DNA from: Macrostomum lignano
Taxonomy: Eukaryota
Direction of reading: 5' to 3'
DNA: 52,521 nucleotides
NCBI GenBank assembly: GCA_002269645.1
Contig: NIVC01002368.1
Span: 1-52,521 of the forward strand
Part shown: piece by piece, positions 18,469 through 31,347 of the stretch
How the letters are laid out: each line of letters begins with the position of its first letter
Position numbering within the stretch: position 1 is the first letter of the stretch
Made by a program: the position numbers and the translations under genes
Notes under the pieces: model-generated
Databases searched by the model: none
The model's input: only the letters and a program-made list of their open reading frames with translations
Told to the model about the DNA's origin: nothing

Positions 18469-18718
18469 CAGGGGTTGACCGAGTACCGAGTACTTCTATG
18501 CCTTTTTTCTTCCCGAGAAAGAATAACTTTTTGAAAATTGATTTCCAGCTACCTTTCTCTGGGAAAGAAAGTCGTGAATATTACTTTCAAAGTTTTAATT
18601 TCAATCTCGTCGACATCAAAATTTGACACAGTTCAGTCGCGAATTTTCGATTATAATTACTCGTCATACTCGTCAAAAACTCAATTATAAACGAGTACCG
18701 TGTACTCGCCCAGCCCTG
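18469..18718. mobile_element. Possible MITE with imperfect CAGGG...CCCTG termini
   Basis: CAGGGGTTGACCGAGTAC at left vs GTACTCGCCCAGCCCTG at right; no TSD. Confidence 0.3.
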
Positions 18719-19114
18719 CTCAGGGACCGTCGTCCCTTTTAACGATTTTAATGGTTTTTTAACGATTAATTAGCGATTAAACTACTTTCAGTAGATGATG
18801 TATGTAGCTACTCCTATAGTATGAGATATTTTCACAACCAAATGTCAGTATAGCTTCATGTGCATGTAAGTTATCTCTGCTTTAGCAATTTGCATTAAGC
18901 TGAAATTTAATTTATGATGCTGATTTGGTGCATTAGCTATGTCCGTTTATATCGTACAATTTTCATTTTAGATTCTGCACATCTGCTCCCACGCTATTAG
19001 CTCACAAGCTACATGTAGCATTATAACTTGATTGACTTGGCGTCAACTGATGCCAAGAGCAGGATTCTTATAATAAAAGATATTTCCCGCATGATACCAA
19101 CAAGCAGGTGAGTC

Positions 19115-19275
19115 TTCTTCTTCTTCTTCTTCTTCGGGCGTGCTCGGGCCAGGGCCCATGGCACCGGGCGTCAGATGGCGCCCGCCTTCCCGAGGAAGTT
19201 CAACACCGCGACGCAGTTCTCGAAAACTGCCGCGGGCTCCGGGCTTGGCCCCCAGAGGCGGCAGCGGTGTGATGT
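19115..19275 (-). mobile_element. 5'-truncated non-LTR retroelement insertion with (GAA)n tail and 15-bp TSD
   Basis: ACAAGCAGGTGAGTC at 19100-19114 and 19276-19290. The minus strand ends ...VAVLNFLGKAGAI* followed by (GAA)7. Confidence 0.6.
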
Positions 19276-20599
19276 ACAAGCAGGTGAGTCGCCATGTGGG
19301 GCTGCCTCCAGTTCTTAGACGGGTTGTGGTGGGGCCTCCCCGAAGAAGCACTCACTCAGGCTCCAGGAATTGGATGAAGCGTTGTAAAAATGGCCTGAGT
19401 TAGGCGGTGACTACATGATGTACGCAAGGACTATGCTGTATAATCTACTAGTTTAGTAGACCTTGTATTTATGTTGTTAAAACAGTCTAAAAAGCTTCTA
19501 ACTTTTTCCTGAGTTTAGATTACTCATGCTTGTTATTTGTTTCTGAAAGCACATCAATGATTAGCCATATTGAATTAATTTCAGCTTTTCAGTATTTTGT
19601 TGAAATTTTCAGCTGCCTATATTTCAAATGAATGAGAGTAACTGCGAATTTTTCAAACTTATTCTATCTTCGTTTATAAATCATATATAATTTTATATTT
19701 ACTCTATCATAATCGAAAAAAGTATTTTGTCAATAAATTACAATTATAATATTTGATTTCAATTGATTCCGTCTATCGACTATAGCTTATACTCAATGTA
19801 ATTCTTGTACGAGTGTTTTTCTGTTATAATTTTAGGGTAAATAGTTTGCAATATTTCTACATTTTATTAGAAATAAAAAAGAAAGGACTTTAGAACTGTT
19901 ATTCAATAATTTGTTTAAACTGTACGCATAACGCGTAAAAAGAAGTAAACATTACTAAATAATACAGCTAGCAGTCTGTTCGTCCAATATACTAAAAATG
20001 AAAATCTTGCTTGCTTGTAATCGATTAGAGAAAAATGGCTTAACCGATTTTCATGAGACTTGCACTGTTCGATCAGAAATTTTCCCGTGACTGTACATGC
20101 ATCGTGGCTAAGAAATTTCTCGATGCTAAAGGCATTAAATATTCGAAAAACATGCTTTTTCGCAAAGGTCAAGCAAACTTTTCGACTTGAAATGCATTGT
20201 AAGAATGCTAGAGAAAAAACTGACTGGTTGAATTCTGATTCTGAAATACGCTCGTAGATTGCATCATAACTGAATTGTAACTCCGACTTGAATTGAAAAT
20301 GGAGTGTGGAAGCGTAGCACCAGACTTGATTTAAATTGCGTAACCATATTGTTAACTGATACTGACTGACAGAGAAACTGATTATGTCATAACTGCTTCG
20401 TGTGATTTACTCTATGCTTGGATTTTAAAGTGTTGAATTATATAAGTGCAAAATTTGATGTTATCAAAACGATGAGAGCTAGCCTAGAGGTGAACAAACT
20501 GAACTGCTAAATGCAGCGACGGTGGTTTGAATTTTCATAGAGTGGATTTTTTTTAATTAAAGCTTTTCAACGTCAGGAAAACTAAAAGACTTTTTAAAA

Positions 20600-21430
20600 A
20601 GAAGCGTCATGTAAAAATCATAAAAGCGTCATGTAAAAATCATAGAAGCGTCTTTTAAAAAAATCATAGAAGCGTCATGTAAACAATCATAGAAGCGTCA
20701 TGTAAACAATCATAGAAGCGTCATGCAAACAATCATAGAAGCGTCATGTAAAAAATCATCGAAGCGTCATATAAACAATCATAGAAGCGTCATGTAAACA
20801 ATCATTGAAGCGTCATGTAAAAATCATAAAAGCGTCATGAAAAAATCATAGAAGCGTCTTTTAAAAAAATCATAGAAGCGTCATGTAAACAATCATAGAA
20901 GCGTCATTTAAAAAAATCATAGAAGCGTCATATAAACAGTCATAGAAGCGTCATGTAAACAATCATAGAAGCGTCATGTAAACAATCATAGAAGCGTCAT
21001 GTAAACAATCATAGAAGCGTCATGTAAATAATCATAGAAGCGTCATGTAAACAATCATAAAAGCGTCATGTAAAAATAATAAAAGCGTCATGTAAAAAAT
21101 CATAGAAGCGTCATGTAAAAATCATAGAAGCGTCTTTTAAAAAAATCATAGAAGCGTCATGTAAATAATCATAGAAGCGTCATGTAAATAATCATAGAAG
21201 CGTCATGTAAACAATCATAGAAGTGTCATGTAAAAAATCATAGAATCATAGAAAATCAATCATAGAAGCGTCATGTAAACAATCATAGAAGCGTCATGAA
21301 AAAATCATAGAAGCGTCATGCAAACAATCATAGAAGCGTCATCAAAAGATCATAGAAGCCTCATATAAAAACTAATGGAAGTGTCATTTGAGAAATCATA
21401 GAAGCGTCATGGAAGAATAAAAGAAGCGTC
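20600..21430. repeat. ~24-bp satellite (AATCATAGAAGCGTCATGTAAA..) in H1; same family at ~25430-26000 in H3
   Basis: Tandem copies read directly. Confidence 0.93.
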
Positions 21431-22295
21431 ATGTCAGACATGAAAGAAGTGTCATGTAAAAATTAAAAGAAGCTATTGTGCTGTGCTGGGGAGAATTACT
21501 AAGATGTCAAGGCTCACGAAGAATAACTGAGATTATGGGGAGGCGGTTTCTGAGATGCCAGAGAAGCAAAGTAGCAAACGTCAGAAGCTACTTCAAAGTA
21601 CATGTAGTTTACTCAATTTTTTATTACATTCTTTGTTGGCTCGCTACGGGGGAGGGGGCGCTGATAGAAGAAGAGTCATGTAAAAAAGAGAAGAAGCACT
21701 ATGTGTACATAAAAGAAAAGTCATTATGTCAAAGTTAAAAGATTCATTTGGCAATTGCTACGATGCCAAGGCTTGGAGGGAATCGCTATGGTGCTGTGAT
21801 TCTTAAATAAGGAATCACTAAAATGTCAAGGCTTAGGGGAGAAGAATTGCTGAGATTCAAGGCTTTAGGTTGGGTTAAAGTTAGGTTTAGGTCAGGTTTG
21901 GGTTGAGGGTTAGATTTTAGCGGGTTTCAAGATTAACAGGGGATTTTTCAGATATCAATGTTTATGGGGGCATCGCTAACATGTCAAGGCTTACGGGGGG
22001 GAATAGCTGAGATGTCAAGGCTCACGGGGGAATAACCGAGATGTCAAGGCTAAATTCACAAGCTACATGTAGATGATGTAGTTTATTGAAAAATGTTTTT
22101 TATTATTTGTTGGCTCTTCACGGGAAGGATCGCTGATAGATAAAGTGTAATGTAAAAAATAAAAGAAGCTTCATGTCGAAGTTAAGAGATTCATTTGGGA
22201 ATCCCTACGATGTCGAGGCTTGCAGGGAATCGCTATAATGCTGTAGTGCTATAATGACTCTCGGAGAGAATTACTGAAATGTCAATGCTTTAAGG

Positions 22296-22332
22296 TTAGG
22301 GTTAGGGTTAGGGTTAGGGTTAGGGTTAGGTT
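22296..22332 (+). repeat. Interstitial (TTAGGG)n in H1; homologous tract at ~26852-26922 in H3
   Basis: Read directly. Confidence 0.9.
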
Positions 22333-22557
22333 AAGAAGGTTAACAGATTTTTTAAGATTTCAAGGCTTATGGGGGGAATTGCTAAGATGTCAAGGGGGAG
22401 TTGATATGCTAAGGCTTGTGGGGGGGAGGAATTGCTGGCATGTCAAGGCTTACAAGGGGTTGCTGAGGTATAATGCAAAGAGACGCTTATATGTAGTTTA
22501 TTAAAAAAACTTGTGCTGTATTTTTTTGGCTCCCCAACGGGGGGCGCTGATTGCTAG

Positions 22558-24809
22558 TCCAATATACTAAAAATGAAATGTCTGTAGCTATGCGATAGAT
22601 TTCAGAAAAATTGGCTCAACCGATTTTCTTCAAACTTGCACCATTCGATCAGAAATTTTCCTGAGACGGTACATGCATTTTGGCTAAGAAATTGCTCAAT
22701 GTTAAAGGGATTAAATATTTGAAAAACATGCTTTTTTGCAAAGGTCAAGCCAAATTTTCTACTTAAAAAGCATTGTAAGAATGCTAGAGAAAAAACTGAC
22801 TGACTGAATTCCGATTGTGATAAAGATTGCATCACAACAAGTTGAAAACAGTGCCAAAGAAATGCACACACGACTTGATTTAAATTGCGTAACCATATTG
22901 CTAACTTAAATTAAGACTGATACTGGCTGACTGAGAAATTGATTGTGTCATGACTTTTTACTCCAATTGACTTGCTGTAAGAATTGAATTATAAGGGCCA
23001 CAATCCATGTTCTCCCAATTGAAAAGAGATAGCCCTGATGCGAACAGACTGGAATGCTAATGTAGCAACCTGGGTTCGAATCTTAGTAGTGCAAAAAGAT
23101 TTTTTTATTAAAACACCTTAAAAACATAACAAAACTGCTAAACATCAAAGAAGCGCAATGTCAAACATAGAAGAGCCAACATATCAAACATAAAAGAGTT
23201 ACCATGTCAAAAATAGAAGAGCCACCATGTCGAACATTAAAGAGCCACCATGTAAAATATTGAAGAGCCACCATGAAGAACATTAAAGAGCCACCATGTC
23301 AAACATTTAGAAGCCACTGTCAAAGATTTAAGAGCCACCATGTTAAACATTTAAGAGCCACCATGTCAAACATAAAAGAGCCACCATGTTAAACATTAAA
23401 GAGCCACCATGTCAAACATAGAAGAGCCACCATGTCAGATATTAAAAAGAGCCACCATGTTGAACATAAAAGAGCCACCATGTCAAACATTTAGGAGCCA
23501 CCATGTCAAACATATATGTGACTTTATGTCAAACATATATGTGACTTTATGTCAAACATTAAAGAGCCACCATTTCGAACATTAAAGAGCCACCATGTCG
23601 AACATTAAAGAGCCACCATGTCAAACATTAAAGAGCCACCATGTAAAACATTAAAGAGCCACATTGTCAAACATAAAAGAGCCATTATGTCGTACATTAA
23701 AGAGCCACCATGTAAAACATTAAAAAGCCACCATGTCAAACATTAAAGAGCCGCCATGTCAAAACATAAATGTGCCATCATGTCAAACCTAAAAGAGCCA
23801 CCATGTCTAACATAAAAGAGCCACCATATCGAACATTAAAGAGCCACCATGTCAAACATTAAAGAGCCATTATGTCAAACCTAAAAGAGCCACCATGTTG
23901 AACATTAAAGAGCCACCATGTCAAACATAAATCTGGCATGATGTCAAACATTAAAGTGCCACCATATTGAACATTAAAGAGCCACCATGTCTAACAGTAA
24001 AGAGCCACCATGTCGAACATTAAAGGGCCACCATGTAGAACATTAAAGAGCCACCATGTCGAACATTAAAGAGCCACCATGTCAAACATTAAAGAACCAC
24101 CATGTCGAACATTAAAGAACCACCATGTCGAACATTAAAGAGCCACCATGTCAAAAATAGAAGAGCCACCATGTCAAACATTAAAGAGCCACCATGTCTA
24201 ACAGTAAAAAGCCACCATGTCGCCTGCTATCTGGGGGTGCTTGCCATCTGGGAGAGCCTGCTATCTGGGTGTGCTTGCTATCTGGTGGTGCTTGCTATCT
24301 AGGGGTGCTTGCTATCTGGAAGTGCTTGCTATCTGGAAGTGCTTGCTATCTGGGGTGCCTGCTATCTGGGGGTGCCTGCTATCTGGGGGTGCTTGCTATG
24401 TGGGGTGCTTGCTATCTGGGGGTACCTGCTATCTGGGGGTGCCTGCTATCTGGGGGTGCTTGCTATCTGGGGGTGCTTGCTATCTGGGGGATGCTTGCTA
24501 TCTGGGAGGTGCTTGCTATCTGGGGGGTGCCTGCTATCTGGGGGGTGCTTGCTATCTGGGGGGATGCTTGCTATCTGGGAGGTGCTTGCTATCTGGGGGG
24601 GGGGGGTTGCCTGCTATCTGGAGGTGCTTGCTATCTGGGGGGGGATGCTTGCTGTCTTAGGATGTTTTCTTTTTGCATTGCACTTCATCTGAGCAGTTTT
24701 TCTATTGACTATGTGAAGGCTTTGTTTGGCCATCTTATTGATACTTGTAGAGAACAAAGATTCTATCTAGATGTCCCCCATCGGGGGGGGGGGGGGCGAA
24801 GATTGCTAG
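22558..24809 (+). mobile_element. Non-autonomous Helitron H2 (diverged subfamily, different internal satellites)
   Basis: Begins TC directly after the CTAG of H1; ends CCCCCATCGGGGG...GATTGCTAG. Confidence 0.72.
23150..24660. repeat. H2 internal satellites: 23-bp (AAAGAGCCACCATGTCAAACATT)n, then ~17-bp (GGGGTGCTTGCTATCTG)n
   Basis: The unit switches at ~24222. Confidence 0.93.
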
Positions 24810-27146
24810 TCGTATATACTAAAAATGAAAATCTTGCTTGATTGCTTGCTTGCTTTCTTGTAATCGATTAGAGAAAAAATGGCTTAACCGATTTTCATGA
24901 GACTTGCACTGTTCGATCAGAAATTTTCCCTTGACGGTACATGCATCGTGGCTAAGAAATTGCTCGATGCTAAAGGCATTAAATATTCGAAAAACATGCT
25001 TTTTTGCAAAGGTCAAGCAAGTTTTTCGACTTGAAATGCATTGTACGAATGCTAGAGAAAAAATTGACTGGTTGATTCTGATTCTGAAATAGATTGCATC
25101 ATAACTGAATTGTAACTCCAACTTGAATTGCGTCACAGTATTGATAATGCAGTGTGGAAGCGTAGCACTAGACTTGATTTAGATTGCGTAACCATATTGT
25201 TAACTGATACTGACTGACTGAGAAATTGATTATGTCATAACTGCCTCGTGTGATTTACTCTATACATGGAGTTTTGAAACTTATAATTATAGAAGTGCTA
25301 AAATTCATGTTATCAAAACGATGACAGCTAGCCTAGAGGTAAACAGACTGACTGCTAAATGCAGGGACGATGGTTCGAATTTTTAGAGAGTGGAGTTTTT
25401 TAATTAAAGTTTTTTAACGCCAAGAAAACTAAAAAATCATGGAAGCGTCATGTAAAAAATCATAAAAGCGTCATGTAAAAAATCATAGAAGCGTCATGTG
25501 AAAATCATAGAAGCGTCATGTAAACAATCATAGAAGCGTCATCTAAAAAGTCATAGAAGCGTCATGAAAAAAATCATAGAAGCGTCATGTAAAAAATCAT
25601 AAAAGCGTCATGTAAAAAATCATAGAAGCGTCATATAAAAATCATAGTAGCGTCATGTAAAAAATCATAGAAGCGTCATATAAAAAGCATAGAAGCGTCA
25701 TGTAAAAATCATAGAAGCGTCATGTAAAAAGCATAGAAGCGTTATGTAAAAAGCATAGAAGCGTCATGTAAACAATCAAAGAAGCGTCATGTAAACAATC
25801 ATAGAAGCGTCATGTAAACAATCATAGAAGCGTCATGTAAAAAATCGAAGAAGCGTCATATAAAAAGCATAGAAACGTCATATAAACAATCATAGAAGCG
25901 TCATGTAAAAAATCATAGAAGCATCATGTAAAAATCATAGAAGCGTCATGAAAAAATCATAGAAGCGTCATTTAAAAACTAATGAAAGTGTCATTTAAAA
26001 AATTAAGAAGCATCATGGTAGAATAAAAGAAGCGTCATGTCAGACATGAAGGGTGTCATGTAAAAATTAAATGCAGCTATAATGCTGTGCTGGGGAGAAA
26101 AACTGAGACGTCAAGGCTCTCAGAGAATAACTGAGATTACGGGGGGGGGGGGTTCTGAGATGTCAAAGCAAAAGTCAGAAGCTACTTCAAAGTTCATGTA
26201 CTTTACTCAATTTTTTTATTGCATTCTTTGTTGGCTCGCCACGGGAGTAGGCGTTGATAGAAGAAGAGTCATGTAAAAAATATAAGTAGCACTAAGTATA
26301 CATAAAAGAAAAGTCATGTCGAAGTTAAAAGATTCATTTGGGAATTGCTACGATGTCTAAGCTTGGTGGAAATCGTTATAGTGCTGTGATTCTTAAAGAA
26401 GGAATCACTAAAATGTCAAGGCTTAGGGGAGAAGAATTGCTGAGATTTCAAGGCTTTAGGTTCGGTTAAAGTTAGGTTTTAGGTCAGGTGTGGGTTGAGG
26501 GTTATATTTTATTGGGTTTCAAGGTTAACAGGGGATTTTTTAGATTTCAAGGTTTATGAGGGCCATCGCTGACATGTCAAGGCTTACGGGGGGAATAGCT
26601 GAGATGTCAAGGCTCACGGGGTATAAATGAGATTTCAAGGCCAAAGCCAGAAGCTACATGTAGTTTATTGAAAACTTTTTATTACATTATTTGATGCCTC
26701 AAATAATGTCGAAGTTTCATGTCGAAGCTTCATGTCGAAGTTAAGAGATTCATTTGGGAATCCCTACGACGTCGAGGCTTGCAGGGAATCGCTATAATGC
26801 TGTAGTAGTGCTATAATGACTCTTAGAGAGAATTACTGAAATTTCAATGCTTTAGGGTTAGGTTAGGGTTAGACTAGGGTTAGGGTTAGGGTTAGGGTTA
26901 GGGTTAGGCTAGGGTTAGGGTTAGAAGGTTGACAGATATTTTTAGATTTCCAAGGCTTATTGGGGGCATTGCTGAGATGTCAAGGGGGGAAGTTGATATG
27001 TTAAAGCTTGTGGGGGGAATTACTGACATGTCAAGGCTTACAAGGTTTGACAGGAGATTTTTTAAGATTTCAAGGATACATGTAGCTTATTAAAAAAACG
27101 TATATTGTATTTCTTTGGCTCCCCAACGGGGGGCATAGATTGCTAG
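24810..27146 (+). mobile_element. Non-autonomous Helitron H3 (close relative of H1)
   Basis: Begins TCGTATATACTAAAAATG; ends CCCCAACGGGGG...GATTGCTAG|T; colinear with H1. Confidence 0.78.
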
Positions 27147-27510
27147 TAAATTTTCTAAATGTGTTCTTATCGTGTATTATTAATTAAAACAAAATATAAA
27201 TTAAACACAAAGAGTAAATTGGCTTTTTGGCGCTTTATAAACATTTTTGTTTCGTAAGCATAGGATTTAAATTTAAACCAGCTAAACTTTGAGTACTACT
27301 TACAAGAAGTCAAATAGTAGAAATATTAGAACGATACACTTTTTTTAGTATGAAAGATGATATGAAAGAAATATAAAATAGACATCCTTTAATCTAAATA
27401 ATAAAACCAAACTGAGAGAATAGTATAACAATCCAATTAAAACAAATTAAAACATTCGAATAATATTGCTATTGGATACAAAATAAAACTTTTGGAGATC
27501 ATAAAATTAA

Positions 27511-28548
27511 TCATCTGAGCAAACTTCGCACTCGGGTGAGCTCGGGCTTGGAGGAGGCTGCGGCCGGCTGCACCCTGGCCGGCTCTCTCGGCAGCCTCAG
27601 CAGCGAGACGGAAGTGCTGCGACTGCGGCTGCGACTGCGACTCTGGCCACCGAGCCGAGTGACAGCTCGAACCACAGCCTCCCGGATGCGGCTGAGACTG
27701 CGCGGTCTCGGCCGACGATGAAGCTTCTGACAAGGAGGCTGGGCTTCGGCTTCATCTGCATCGGCAGCTGCATCCGGGATGTCCGGGGCGGAGCGGATGA
27801 GGAGGGCGACGCCGCGGTTGAGACGAGCGGCGGTCTCGGCGGAGTCGGCAGTCGCTGCGCCGTACAGGCAGGGGCCGAGGCAGGTGGCCAGACTAGCCGA
27901 GTCCATCCGGTTGCCATGGCAACCAGCAGCGGCCAGCCGGTGCAGCAGCAGGCACAGCAGGCGCAGCGCCCTGGCCGAGCAGCCTCCGTTGCCGCCGAGA
28001 TTCGCCGCCGCCACCGCCCTGAGGGCCGACAGTCGCTGCTGAGCGTCGCCGTCGCGGTCTTCGCCAGCCGTCGTTGCAGCGCCGGCCAAAGCCTCGGCGG
28101 TTGCAGCCGGCAGCAGCGGCCGCGGCAGCTGCCTTAGCCAGGCCTTCAACGTGGAACAAACGTCCTGCGGCGGCGTGTCAGCCGGGATGTCGCAGCTCCG
28201 GTCGGCGTCCAGCCTGGCGCGCAGCAGCAGCAGCCGCGGCCGGGCGCCCTCCACCCGGAACAGGCCCTCGGCTGACTGCGCCGCCTCCGAGGACAGGAAG
28301 CGGCAGCTGGCGGCCAGCAGGCTTGGCACCGGGCCAAATCCGGCCACCACCGTCTGCGGCTGGTCACGCAGCGCCCTGCCGAAATGGAGGCCGATGCTAC
28401 CGCCGCTGCTGTCGCCGCTTCTCTTGAGCAGCAGCAAGGATGTCAGCGACTTGCCAGCGGCTCGGCAGCTGCGGAAGCTCCGCCTGACGCTCGGCGCTGC
28501 TGTCTGTCGATGCCGACGCAGCTCTCGTTCAGCCAGACGACTGCACAT
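27511..28548 (-). CDS. RhoGAP-domain protein (ARHGAP11-like); gene ends not resolved
   Basis: EGLFRVEG with the arginine finger, DVCSTLKAWLRQLPRPLLP and NRMDSASLATCLGPCL. Confidence 0.88.
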   Translation of the reverse strand: MCSRLAERELRRHRQTAAPSVRRSFRSCRAAGKSLTSLLLLKRSGDSSGGSIGLHFGRALRDQPQTVVAGFGPVPSLLAASCRFLSSEAAQSAEGLFRVEGARPRLLLLRARLDADRSCDIPADTPPQDVCSTLKAWLRQLPRPLLPAATAEALAGAATTAGEDRDGDAQQRLSALRAVAAANLGGNGGCSARALRLLCLLLHRLAAAGCHGNRMDSASLATCLGPCLYGAATADSAETAARLNRGVALLIRSAPDIPDAAADADEAEAQPPCQKLHRRPRPRSLSRIREAVVRAVTRLGGQSRSRSRSRSTSVSLLRLPREPARVQPAAASSKPELTRVRSLLR

Positions 28549-28845
28549 GATGACTGATTATGATATGGTTTAATATGAAAATATCAATAATATTTAATAG
28601 TTGTTTCTAATTCCATGTAGAGTGGATTGTGTCTGCTTTTTATAAGCCTTGATCGGATTGGGGGGGTGAGTGAACGAGATCAATTCTCACACCTTGGTTT
28701 ATATAACTTTCGCACCTCGAACTTGAGCTCAGCCAATTAGAAGGCGGGACGCGGGTTGGTGGCTTGAGTATCCGTTGGAATAACTGAAGCGTTATGAGAT
28801 GTGCGAAATTATTGCGGCTGTAGAACTGGTTTTACAGATTAAAAT

Positions 28846-29810
28846 TTTCCAGCTACTGTGTGATTCACAAGCTATACTATGTGATTCTCCAGCTGCTGTG
28901 TGATTCACAAGCTATACTATGTGATTCTCCAGCTGCTGTGTGATTCACAAGCTATACTATGTGATTCTCCAGCTGCTGTGTGATTCACAAGCTATACTAT
29001 GTGATTCACAAGCTATACTATGTGATTCTCCAGCTGCTGTGCGATTCACAAGCTATACTATGTGATTCTCCAGCTGCTGTGTGATTCACAAGCTATACTA
29101 TGTGATTTTCCAGCTGCTGTGTGATGATTCACAAGCTATACTATGTGATTCTCCAGCTGCTGTGTGATTCACAAGCTATACTATGTGATTCTCCAGCTGC
29201 TGTGTGATTCACAAGCCATACTATGTGATTCTCCAGCTGCTGTGTGATTCACAAGCTATACTATGTGATTCACAAGCTATACTATGTGATTCTTCAGCTG
29301 CTGTGTGATTCACAAGCTAAACTATGTGATTCTCCAGCTGCTGTGTGATTCACAAGCTATACTATGTGATTCTCCAGCTGCTGTGTGATTCACAAGCTAT
29401 ACTATGTGATTCACAAGCTATACTATGTGATTCTCCAGCTGCTGTGTGATTCACAAGCTATACTATGTGATTCACAAGCTATACTATGTGATTCTCCAGC
29501 TGCTGTGTGATTCACAAGCTATACTATGTGATTCTCCAGCTGCTGTGTGGTTCAGGTGAGCACAGGTGAGCACTGGCTGTGTGATTCCCCTGTCCAACAG
29601 GTGAGCACTAGCTGTGTGATTCCCCTGTCCAACAGGTGAGCACTGGCTGTGTGATTCTCCTGTCCAACAGGTGAGCTCTGGCTGTGTGATTCCGCTGTCC
29701 AACAGGTGAGCACTGGCTGTGTGATTCCCCTGTCCAACAGGTGAGCACTGGCTGTGTGATTCTCCTGTCCAGCAGGTGAGCTCTGGCTGTGTGATTCCCA
29801 GTCTAACAGG
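28846..29810. repeat. Composite minisatellite: alternating 21+19-bp units, then ~30-bp units (CTGTGTGATTCCCCTGTCCAACAGGTGAGC..)
   Basis: All units share a TGTGATTC core. Confidence 0.93.
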
Positions 29811-30519
29811 TAACATTTCTGGCTTGTACAGAGAAGGCCGGTATTCCGTATAAACTCACATCACTGTCAACTGCAAGTTAACGTGAGTCCACATGTTGCA
29901 CACTATTCTCTTGCCACGATTCGACAGAGGTGCGAACGCAAGTTTGAAATCAGCAGGCAAACACGCTACATGCCGTGTTATACGGGTAATTAGCGCTTCT
30001 TATTATAATATTGGAACCGGCAATACCAGCGTATCGCTCACCTTCAGGCATCTCGCGCCTTACATGTATAGCTGTCCGGAATGCAGCCCCCACAATGGTG
30101 CATAGCCTTCACACATTCCAGTGTTCGCACATTTTCGCAAACAACACCTGACCTTGAGGGTGTTTGGCCGCGGTAATAGTGCTTATTTACTGGCTGTGAC
30201 TTCAGAACGTGTTGCGTCATTTGCGCATGAAACCTTTTGTTGGCGTTGGGAAAGGTTGACTAGCAATAAATTTATTACTCTGTTATTTTTGTAGAATTGT
30301 ACACAACATTAAATATTTCGTAAGTCTATCTTAATTTGTGTCTAGATTGTTGCACAAACTGTAAAAGGTGCTTTACTCTGCTCCTAATAGATAATCGGTT
30401 ACTTTGGGATACTTTGGAGTTTTGTTTTACTATTAGTATTTTTATATTATTGTTTGTTTAAGTATTTGGTGTCTTAAAGTTTCTCGTTTGCTTATTGCAC
30501 AACTGTCTCCTGAATTCGT

Positions 30520-30556
30520 CTGTCTGTGTGTCTGTCTGTCTGTCTGTCTATCTTAG

Positions 30557-30593
<37 letters not shown>

Positions 30594-30642
30594 TAGTGTC
30601 TGTCTGTCTGTCTGTCTATCTTAGTGTCTGTCTGTCTGCCTG

Positions 30643-30738
<96 letters not shown>

Positions 30739-30743
30739 GGTCG

Positions 30744-30801
<58 letters not shown>

Positions 30802-30805
30802 TTTT
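30520..30805. repeat. (TGTC)n microsatellite
   Basis: Read directly. Confidence 0.98.
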
Positions 30806-31347
30806 GTCTGAAAAAAAATTGTATCACATTAGTCAATGTCATTAGTGCAAAGTATAAGCATTTTAAAATATTAAAATAAATAAAACTGTACATCTTGCGT
30901 GTAAAATATAGAACACTCATCTATTGTACATATACTAGTATGTGCAAAAGTAGTAGGAGTACTTATTAACATACAGTATACACAAAGTGAAGACAAGAAA
31001 GTGTGTTAGATACTCGTTGAAGCATTAAAACTGCTAAAATATGAGAGGGATAACAGTAGTATATGCGCGCGAACTGCAAATTCTTAAACTTACCAATTCT
31101 GTCTTTTTAAGTTACATTGCGAAGAGCTAGTCATGATCACTGTTTTGATTTTACTAATAATTTTTTTGAATTTAGCTACTGCTTAGTAGACTACATGGGA
31201 TTTTTGCCTTTAAATCGTCTATTTTAATATTTAAATTTTGCTTTTCTAAAAGCTTTTTCCTATAAAGAGATTTAATAGGCTAAGATAGACTAAGATAGAC
31301 GGATATACGTCTCCCATATATGTACACGTACCCAACGGCAAACTCAG

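Larger units (their letters stand above)
19983..22557 (+). mobile_element. Non-autonomous Helitron H1
   Basis: 5' TCCAATATACTAAAAATG; 3' CCCCAACGGGG hairpin about 12 nt before CTAG; internal ~24-bp satellite and (TTAGGG)n. Confidence 0.75.

Noticed and set aside
24102-24841. Cys/Gly-rich ORFs (GACYLG repeats)
   Set aside because: Translations of the Helitron-internal satellite.
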